Shown here: positions 1-6,517 of the stretch, one piece after another
Numbering within the stretch: position 1 is the first letter of the stretch
Layout of the letters: every line of letters begins with the position of its first letter
Origin: Octopus sinensis
Lineage: Eukaryota
Assembly: GCF_006345805.1 (NCBI RefSeq)
Contig: NW_021829212.1
Span: 1 to 6,616, forward strand
Direction: 5' to 3'
Length of the DNA: 6,616 nt
Notes under the pieces: model-generated
Told to the model about the DNA's origin: nothing
The model's database searches: none
What the model saw: the letters and a program-made list of their open reading frames with translations, nothing else
Position numbers and translations under genes: made by a program

Positions 1-83
1 AGAAGAAGAAAGAAGAAGAAGAAGAAGAAGAAGAAGAAGAAGAAGAAGAAGAAGAAGAGAACAACAACAACAACAACAACAAC
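1..83 (+). repeat. Compound trinucleotide microsatellite (AAG)n then (AAC)n; runs off the window start
   Basis: Directly visible: AGA repeats 1-59 (one extra A near 10), ACA repeats 60-83. Confidence 0.98.
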
Positions 84-84
84 A

Positions 85-720
85 TGGCAGTATTTGTACC
101 AGATCTTTGTGCTCCAGGGTTTTGGGAAGCAGTTGGAAATGCCTGAGGAAGTTAGCGAGGTTTTGCAACCCACTCTCTTATCCGCTGCTCCTACATGGTC
201 TTTGCTTTTGTCTAAGTTCTCATTCCAGCCGCCTACTAACGCTAATGAGCAAGGATGTTCATAGGAAAGTCTCTAGACATCTAAAGAAATCTGGTCGTCC
301 TGCTCCTGTTGGGGAATAGACCGCCACCAGTCTGAAAGCTCCCCCGTTGCATTCTTTGCTGCTTACGTCCATGACCACCATCCTACCGACCGGGTCGAGG
401 AAAACCGTATTCACCTTCAAGTCAAAGCCTTTCCGAAAAAGCACCGTGAAACCATTTGATACAGGCTGACCAGAGGATTAGAAACCTCATAGTCATCCAG
501 AAGAAGAGCAAGCGTTTCGGAAATCCTAGTTTCACTAATGACTACAGCGTTGAGGTCGATGAGCAGGTGACCCTGTTTCCACGTTGCTTCCAGGCCACGG
601 GCATTTATACAACCACTTCTTAGAAATGCCATTCCAGGAGGAGAGAAAGAAACAACAGAAGAGTCAATCACTTACTCTTGGTTTGGGTTGACCTTTAAAC
701 AGGCCTTTCAATATCCGTTC
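85..720 (-). mobile_element. Decayed Tx1/L1-clade non-LTR retrotransposon: start of ORF2, APE-type endonuclease domain (best supported ~125-632)
   Basis: Stitching minus-strand frames from ATG 632 gives MAFLRSGCINARGL..VISETR..(fs)LFRKGFDLKVNTVFLDPVGRMVVMDV..FRLVAVYSPTG..RPDFFRCLETFL*..(fs)LVGGWNENLD..(fs)LANFLRHFQL. These match the APE motifs N(V/A)RGL (N 605-603), xET (E 533-531), YAP (Y 318-316) and GD(F/W)N (233-222, D read as G). Frameshifts and a stop make it non-functional. Clade assignment is from recalled motif style. 633-720 may be the ORF1 end or spacer (weak). Confidence 0.85.
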
Positions 721-736
721 AGTAATAATAACAATA

Positions 737-1206
737 AATGAACCTAGTAAAGTACTAGAAAATACGAAATATAAAATGTTGTGGAACTTTAACATTCAGA
801 CTGACAGAATAATAGAAGCTTGAAGGTCTGATTTAGTAGTAGATAAAGAGAATAGAAAATGTACTTTACAGTCCCAAGTGATGGAAACGTTAATATGAGA
901 AGTATAGAAAAAAATAGCAAAGTATCAGGGCCTAGCTATTGAATTACAGAGACATTGGAAAATGCGGGTAAAATGTATCCCAGTAGTTACAGGTGCATTG
1001 GGGACTATCCCTAAAGATCTGAATAGATGGATAGAGGAAATAGGCATAAAACCCAGTTTAGTACAGCTGCAGAAAACAGTGTTATTAGGGACAGCTTAGA
1101 TACTTAGGAGGGTTCTTGGCATCTAAGGTTACTTGTGTTGTAACCCGATGTTAGGATATTTTGCTTTTCCAAATGTCTAATCTGTTGTGCCTATATGAAT
1201 AATAAT
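737..1206 (+). mobile_element. 5'-truncated R4/Dong-type (RLE-encoding) non-LTR retrotransposon: restriction-like endonuclease C-terminus, 3'UTR and (AAT) tail
   Basis: From 737: NEPSKVLENTKYKMLWNFNIQTDRIIEA*RSDLVVDKENRKCTL(fs)VPSDGNVNMRSIEK(fs)IAKYQGLAIELQRHWKMRVKCIPVVTGALGTIPKDLNRWIEEIGIKPSLVQLQKTVLLGTA*ILRRVLGI* (stop 1124-1126). This matches the R4/Dong RLE pattern LWDF.IQTD..I.ARRPD.V.VDK..IIDVAVP..EK..KY.DL..P.V.GALG..LQK..LLG.A.ILR. Lesions: TGA 821-823, deletion near 869, +1 A in 908-914, TAG 1097-1099. About 70-nt 3'UTR, then (AAT)3 at 1198-1206. Confidence 0.88.
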
Positions 1207-1602
1207 GCTTTCTACTATAGGCACAAGGCCTGAAATTTGTGGGGAGGGGATGAGTCGATCACATCGGCCTCAATGTTTCACTGGTACTTAATTTATCGAC
1301 CCCGAAAGGATGAAAGGTAAAGTCAACCTCAGTGGAATTTGATCTCAGAACGTAGCGACGTGCGAAATACCTATTTATTTACTACCCACAAGGGGCTAAA
1401 CAGAGAGAGGACAAACAAGGACAAACAAACGGATTAAGTCGATTATATCGACCACAGTGCGTAACTGGTACTTATTTAATCGACCCCGAAAGGATGAAAG
1501 GCGAAGTCGACCTCGGGGGAATTTGAACTCAAAACGTAGCGGCAGACGAAATACCGCTAAGCATTTCGCCCGGCGTGCTAACAATTCTGCCAGCTCGCCG
1601 CC
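1207..1602 (-). mobile_element. Dimeric tRNA-derived SINE (Octopus OK/OR-like): full left monomer 1602-1372 plus head-truncated right monomer 1371-1207, with (ATT)n tail
   Basis: The minus strand starts GGCGGCGAGCTGGCAGAATTGTTAGCACGCCGG, a tRNA-like head with A and B boxes. 1251-1371 and 1435-1555 align without gaps at 99/121 nt (~82%). The same body recurs at 5494-5713. Family name is from recall, not a search. Confidence 0.9.
1519..1592 (-). promoter_or_regulatory. Internal RNA polymerase III type-2 promoter of the SINE (A box 1592-1582, B box 1528-1519)
   Basis: A box TGGCAGAATTG and B box GTTCAAATTC on the minus strand, matching TRGCNNARY and GTTCRANNC; about 53 nt apart. Confidence 0.8.
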
Positions 1603-1603
<1 letters not shown>

Positions 1604-1666
<63 letters not shown>

Positions 1667-1668
1667 TC

Positions 1669-1727
<59 letters not shown>
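1604..1727 (+). repeat. (AAT)n microsatellite with one GATCAT interruption, followed by (GAT)9
   Basis: Directly visible; accounts for the poly-N/poly-D ORF 1575..1784. Confidence 0.98.
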
Positions 1728-1729
<2 letters not shown>

Positions 1730-1730
1730 C

Positions 1731-2467
1731 ATTTATTTATCACGAGGGCGAAAGATGAGGGGGACAATACAGAGACAAAGATAAAGTGTAGGGGTTTACA
1801 TATAATAATGAAATAATAACAAAAAATGTACACACTGGGAAAGAGGAGACATATGCATTGCATAGAGAGGTACAAAGAAAAAAAGTGGTGGGTTGAGGAT
1901 AATAGAGATGTGGCCCTCATGATACAGGAAGGCCTTTAGGGATAATCGAGGAACCCCATTGTCTGAGATTTCCTTGAAACCCCAGGAGCAAATGCCCTCA
2001 TCAGTTCCTTCTCTCCGACTCATAGGTCAATACTTAGAGAGGTACCATCCACTCTTGCCCTTTTCGCAACTTTCCCCTACCTTTCAATAAAATCACTCTT
2101 AATTTACTTTTCAAGTCAAACTTGAAAAAAATCAATGAGGGCTCTACCAAAGAGGACTGTATCTGTCTTCATGCCTTTCAGCGATGAAAATAACGATTAA
2201 GTAGGTAGATAAAGTCCTTCATTCTCTGTGGCCTCTCGCTTTCTCTGAATAGTTGGGCAAAGTGCTGCTGGAAGGCAGCGCGCATTTGCTTGGAACGGAG
2301 CAGTGCGTACCCAGTTCGATCTGTCAGAAACTGAATTGTGGCCTCCACTACTCGAGTCCATCAGACAGCTTTCGTTCCCTCTTGTTTCAAGAAACGAACT
2401 CTAGCGCTGACAACGCAACCATCGTGTTTCGCATTGTAAAAGTTCTGCGATGCCACTTCTAATTGCC
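1731..2467 (-). mobile_element. Tx1/L1-clade LINE remnant: ORF2 EN-RT linker joined to the ORF2 C-terminus, ~290-nt 3'UTR and AATAAA
   Basis: A minus frame from 2468 reads RQLEVASQNFYNAKHDGCVVSARVRFLKQEGTKAV*WTRVVEATIQFLTDRTGYALLRSKQMRAAFQQHFAQLF, resembling the L1/Tx1 linker motifs GA.VRSR....EGEK and AF..HF..LF. It is followed by LKGMKTDTVLFGRALIDFF(fs)KFDLKSKLRV..FIER*GKVAKRARVDGTSLSIDL* (TGA 2022-2020), a pyrimidine-rich UTR, AATAAA at 1737-1732 and an (ATC)n tract. The C-terminus assignment rests on recalled similarity and position. Confidence 0.7.
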
Positions 2468-2724
2468 TTCATCATCATCATCATCATCATCATCGTCACC
2501 ATCATCATCACCATCATCGTCGTCACCGTCGTCATCATCATCATCATCGTTGTTACTACCATCATCATCAAAATCATCATCATTACCATTACCATCATCA
2601 TCATTGTATTTATATCATCATCATCCTCTCCACCGGCATCACTATATTGGTCGTTGTAGTCATTGTTATCATCATGATCATCATATTCCTCACCGGCACG
2701 CCGCTTTCGTCGTCATCGTCGTCG

Positions 2725-2761
<37 letters not shown>

Positions 2762-2762
2762 G
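2468..2762 (+). repeat. Degenerate (CAT)n cryptic microsatellite with CAC/CGT/TAT variants
   Basis: Directly visible; produces the poly-S/poly-H, poly-I and poly-M ORFs. Confidence 0.95.
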
Positions 2763-2781
2763 AGCAACAATGTCACCTTCC

Positions 2782-2874
2782 TTAACAAGCAACAACATCA
2801 CATTCCCTCGTCGACTTCACTCGGAAGAGCTTCACTGAACATCTATTGTCATTCGTGTTCTGCTCTACGGAAGC
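2782..2874 (+). mobile_element. Possible tiny RTE-type LINE remnant (post-RT region)
   Basis: One frame reads LTSNNITFPRRLHSEELH*TSIVIRVLLYGS (VLLYGS at 2857-2874), reminiscent of the RTE motif S..I....K..LY.S.V..VLLYG(S/C)E. Too short to be sure. Confidence 0.3.
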
Positions 2875-2890
2875 AGCAAATTAGAGAAAC

Positions 2891-2906
2891 AAAAAAAAAA
2901 AACCAA

Positions 2907-2990
<84 letters not shown>
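2891..2990 (+). repeat. A12 run followed by pure (AAT)n microsatellite
   Basis: Directly visible: A-run 2891-2902, AAT repeats ~2907-2990. Confidence 0.98.
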
Positions 2991-2992
<2 letters not shown>

Positions 2993-3041
2993 TATACAAA
3001 ACAAAACATAACTACGGTGTTGTCGTATCTGGGAACTGCAG

Positions 3042-3108
3042 ACACACACAGACACACACACACACACACACACACACACCACACACACACACACAAGCAC
3101 ACACACAC
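3042..3108 (+). repeat. Interrupted (CA)n microsatellite
   Basis: Directly visible. Confidence 0.97.
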
Positions 3109-3231
3109 GAGCACTCATACATATACACTTTCAGACACATGTAGACAACTAAAGGTTTACATAACTGGCTTCGATAAGTTTCACTACGCTTGGCTTCAAT
3201 CACCTGTGTCAACCTTACTAATACTCACCCT

Positions 3232-3350
3232 CTCTGCCTTTGTCTCTGTCTATCTGTCTGTCTCTCACACCCACCCACACACCCATCGACTCCCTATCTT
3301 CCTTCAGTCTGTCTGTCTCTCTCTCTATGTCTCACGCTGTTTCTGTCTCA
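3232..3350 (+). repeat. Pyrimidine-rich low-complexity tract (TCTG/TC/CA motifs)
   Basis: Directly visible degenerate repeats. Confidence 0.8.
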
Positions 3351-3773
3351 ATCATATTTTATTTAACACACTATGTCGAATTTTTCCGCCACTGTTACTC
3401 CTTCACAAAGGCAAACATCTTTTGTCGAAGTCCAAAAACTATTAAAAATTTATTATAAATATTCGTTGATTCCGTTTTGTTAGTTATCCTTCGTTTAACA
3501 CGAATTAAGATGTATTCCGTGGAGTTCATACGTGCTTCGTTGCTCATAGATAAAGCCCCCTAATAATTTATTCCCACGTGGTGCATTTACGAAGATATTC
3601 AAGGCCTCCGCAGGCGATTTTACCTTTTATTTTTTGTTTTAGCTCATTGAACGTAAGATCGTTCGTTTTGTTATGTCTGTTGGTTTCGGTCAGATTTGAA
3701 CCCTAGTACCAAATGATTGACTCCTAAGAAATACAAATTGTAAAGCTGAGAAGCAATACAATAGTGCCTTAAA

Positions 3774-3877
3774 TTGGTTTCAAATTTTGGAACAAGACCA
3801 GCAATTTCGGGGAAGGTGTTAGGTTGATTACAATGACCCCTGTGGTCAACTGGTATTTATTTTATTGTCGCCTAAAG
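3774..3877 (-). mobile_element. Old, 5'-truncated SINE 3' half (same tail type as 5494-5713)
   Basis: TGGTTTCAAATTTTGGAACAAGACCAGCAATTTCGGGG...GATTAC..GACCCC....AACTGGTATTTATTTTATTG aligns with 5494-5590 (30/33 over the tail segment). Confidence 0.85.
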
Positions 3878-3991
3878 TCTAACAGGCAGATAAAGGATAA
3901 CACACACGACAGAAGCCCAAACTGGATCGCACAGGGAGAAATCTGAAGGTGGACGGGGTTTTATACTGTGTTCCACTACATTCCTAACAGA

Positions 3992-4052
3992 ATATATCAT
4001 ATATACATATATATACATATATACATATATATACATATATATATATATATAT
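3992..4052. repeat. (TA)n / (TACATATA)n microsatellite
   Basis: Directly visible. Confidence 0.97.
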
Positions 4053-4216
4053 GTTGGACCACAGAAGTCTGTATTTATTTTCCCTTATTCCTTTCTGCTG
4101 AAGAGCGCAGGCTCGAAGCGTAAAATACTTTTTCATTTTTCCCAAGCGTCAAAGTATTACACTTGCTTGTTATTCATACACCTGCCTTCATATTTTGTTT
4201 TTCTATACATTTCAAC
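4053..4216 (+). mobile_element. Penelope-like element terminal-repeat fragment, copy 1, with degenerate hammerhead motif
   Basis: Contains CTGAAGA-GCGCAGGCTC-GAAG-CGTA (4098-4122). Inverted homolog of 4235-4363 (41/46 identical over 4090-4135). Ends in a TA tract. The PLE assignment is inferred from the established association of minimal hammerheads with PLE pLTRs. Confidence 0.55.
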
Positions 4217-4234
4217 TACATTTATATACATATA

Positions 4235-4490
4235 GGGATAGTTCACGAAAAAAACACGAAGACGAAGACAGGTGGTGTACAAAACAAACAGATGCATTAG
4301 TATAACGCTCAGGAATTGAAAAAGTCTTTTACGTTTCGAGCCTACGCTCTTCTACAGAAAGGGACACAGAGAAAAACATGTGTGCAGTAGCTACCGATCT
4401 ATCATGGCGACTGCCGGACAGAAGGGTCACACAGGAGGGTGAAGAAGTAGGGGAGATACAGGAAAGTTTAGAAAGTATAAAAATAAAGTA
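4235..4490 (-). mobile_element. Penelope-like element terminal-repeat fragment, copy 2 (different subfamily), with degenerate hammerhead motif
   Basis: The minus strand reads CCTTTCTG-TAGAAGA-GCGTAGGCTC-GAAACGTA-AAAGACTTTTTCA (motif 4354-4330), homologous to copy 1. The 5' extent beyond ~4370 is uncertain. Confidence 0.55.
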
Positions 4491-4510
4491 ATGATAATAA
4501 TAACAGCTTT

Positions 4511-4642
4511 ATGTATATATATGTATATGTATATATATATGCATATTTATATGTATATTCATGTGCATACCTATATGTACATATATATATATGTATATGC
4601 ATATATTTATATATCATTTATAAATATGTATGTATACATACA
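4511..4642. repeat. Degenerate (TA)n/(TATG)n microsatellite
   Basis: Directly visible; source of the Y/I/V-rich ORF 4511..4768. Confidence 0.93.
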
Positions 4643-4801
4643 TTCACACGAGTGAGTATACACATGGTCGCTCTCTCTCGTTGCTTCAACTTTATTATAT
4701 TACAGTCCGTCCCACACCGTCTCAAACTGGATGCGGAGGGCGTGGATCGAAATGTTAAGCACACATAGGATAGATAACAGGCGATTAGAACGGATGAGAT
4801 C

Positions 4802-4804
<3 letters not shown>

Positions 4805-4873
<69 letters not shown>
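4805..4873 (+). repeat. Pure (AC)n microsatellite, ~34 units
   Basis: Directly visible. Confidence 0.99.
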
Positions 4874-4876
<3 letters not shown>

Positions 4877-5173
4877 TGATGCTCACTCACACCACGCACA
4901 CAGACGATAGGTAAACGGATCAGATGAAACAAAGAGTAGATGTCGTGTCTTTTATATATTCGACCTGACTTCAATATCAACCGTTTTGTCCCGACACGGA
5001 ACACCGGAGGACGATTTAGTTATAACAAAACCATTAAACAACAAAAAAATCCATAGATAAAACATAACATCAAAACAAAAAGGGACAATTAGAACATGTA
5101 GGGACAATAAATTGTTTTGTTTTTGTTTTCGATTCAACAACAAATATACAAATCAATAGAAGAATGTCCTCAA

Positions 5174-5271
5174 CCACAACAACAACAATACTAATAATAG
5201 TGGTTTCATATTTTGGCACAAGGCCAGCAATTTTGCAAAATTAAAAATAGTGATAATTTTGATGATGAATG

Positions 5272-5313
<42 letters not shown>

Positions 5314-5493
5314 TAATAATAATAATAACAATAACAATAAGAAAATGAAGAAGAACAGCAACAACAACAATAACAACAACAACAAAAACAACAACAAAAA
5401 CAACAACAACAACAATAATAATGATAATAATAATAATAATAATAATAATGATAATAATAATAATTAGAAGAAGAACAACAATAATAATAATAA
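5174..5493 (+). repeat. Compound (AAT)/(AAC)/(AAG)/(GAT) microsatellite mosaic, largely SINE-tail derived
   Basis: Directly visible; interrupted by non-repeat sequence at 5201-5250. Confidence 0.95.
5201..5233 (-). mobile_element. 33-nt SINE 3'-end fragment
   Basis: TGGTTTCATATTTTGGCACAAGGCCAGCAATTT is identical to 5494-5526. Confidence 0.9.
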
Positions 5494-5713
5494 TGGTTTC
5501 ATATTTTGGCACAAGGCCAGCAATTTCGGGGGAGTTTGGAGGGAGCCGATTACTTCAACCTCAGTGTTTAACTGGTACTTATTTTATCGAGCCTGAAAGG
5601 ATGGATGAAGGGCAAAGTCAACCTGGATGGAATTTGATCTCAGAACGTGAAGACGGACGAAAGGCCGCTAAACATTTCGGCCGGCGTGCTGACGATTCTG
5701 CCAGTTGGCTACC
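5494..5713 (-). mobile_element. Full-length monomeric tRNA-derived SINE with (ATT)n tail
   Basis: Head GGTAGCCAACTGGCAGAATCGTCAGCACGCCGG; A box 5703-5693; altered B box GATCAAATTC 5639-5630; body homologous to 1435-1602 with a 4-nt ATGG duplication near 5601. Confidence 0.92.
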
Positions 5714-5730
5714 TTAAAAATAGAAATAAG

Positions 5731-5866
5731 GATGATGATGATGATGATGATGATAAAAATAATATGAAAAAGAAGAAGAACAACGACGACGACGATGATG
5801 GCGATGATGATGATGATGGCGATGATGATGATGACGATGATGATGATGTTGATGATGATGATGATG
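5731..5866 (+). repeat. Compound (GAT)n microsatellite with AAG/AAC/GAC/GGC variants
   Basis: Directly visible; source of the poly-D ORF 5647..5874. Confidence 0.96.
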
Positions 5867-5978
5867 GTTTATGAAATCTTCGTTCTCATTTCTGCAAACT
5901 CCTATTTATTGGAGATTCAGCAATTAATCGATTAAGCAGCGTTGTCAATATATTTTGTAGATATACAAACATTTCCAA

Positions 5979-5990
5979 ATCTATCTATAT

Positions 5991-6081
<91 letters not shown>

Positions 6082-6082
6082 C

Positions 6083-6147
<65 letters not shown>

Positions 6148-6148
6148 C

Positions 6149-6197
<49 letters not shown>

Positions 6198-6198
6198 C

Positions 6199-6247
<49 letters not shown>

Positions 6248-6248
6248 C

Positions 6249-6313
<65 letters not shown>

Positions 6314-6314
6314 C

Positions 6315-6367
<53 letters not shown>

Positions 6368-6368
6368 C

Positions 6369-6433
<65 letters not shown>

Positions 6434-6434
6434 C

Positions 6435-6517
<83 letters not shown>

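Noticed and set aside
107-319. Plus-strand 70-aa ORF (also 2253..2462)
   Set aside because: Antisense shadows of decayed LINE coding sequence on the minus strand.
1251-1555. Direct repeats resembling a CRISPR array or LTR pair
   Set aside because: Only two 121-nt units, both SINE bodies; no spacers, no TG...CA termini, eukaryotic context.
1500-1602. Possible tRNA gene (also 5620-5713)
   Set aside because: A and B boxes are present, but I could not form an acceptor stem or cloverleaf, and the sequence continues into a repeated SINE body and tail.
1796-2023. Minus-strand 75-aa ORF MSRREGTDEG...
   Set aside because: Begins at the LINE ORF2 stop and runs through the pyrimidine-rich 3'UTR; no coding support.
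2463-3011. 182-aa Ser/His/Ile/Asn-rich ORF, plus other homopolymer ORFs (1575..1784, 2401..2604, 2450..2659, 2610..2801, 2849..3118, 2881..3114, 5153..5512, 5206..5415, 5421..5717, 5647..5874)
   Set aside because: They are translations of stop-free trinucleotide microsatellites; both strands and several frames are open, with no domain or splice context.
3012-3445. ORFs rich in HT/CV repeats (also 4511..4768 and 4618..5004)
   Set aside because: Driven by (CA)n/(TG)n and (TA)n repeats; the remaining residues show no recognisable family motif.
4098-4354. The two hammerhead motifs complementing each other as an active dimer
   Set aside because: They are on opposite strands, and each lacks an essential residue within its own catalytic strand.
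3920-4735. Shared CAAACTGGAT 10-mer near 3919 and 4724
   Set aside because: Similarity does not extend; compatible with chance.
4949-4956. TATAAAAG TATA box on the minus strand
   Set aside because: Expected by chance in AT-rich DNA; no initiator, CpG context or downstream ORF.
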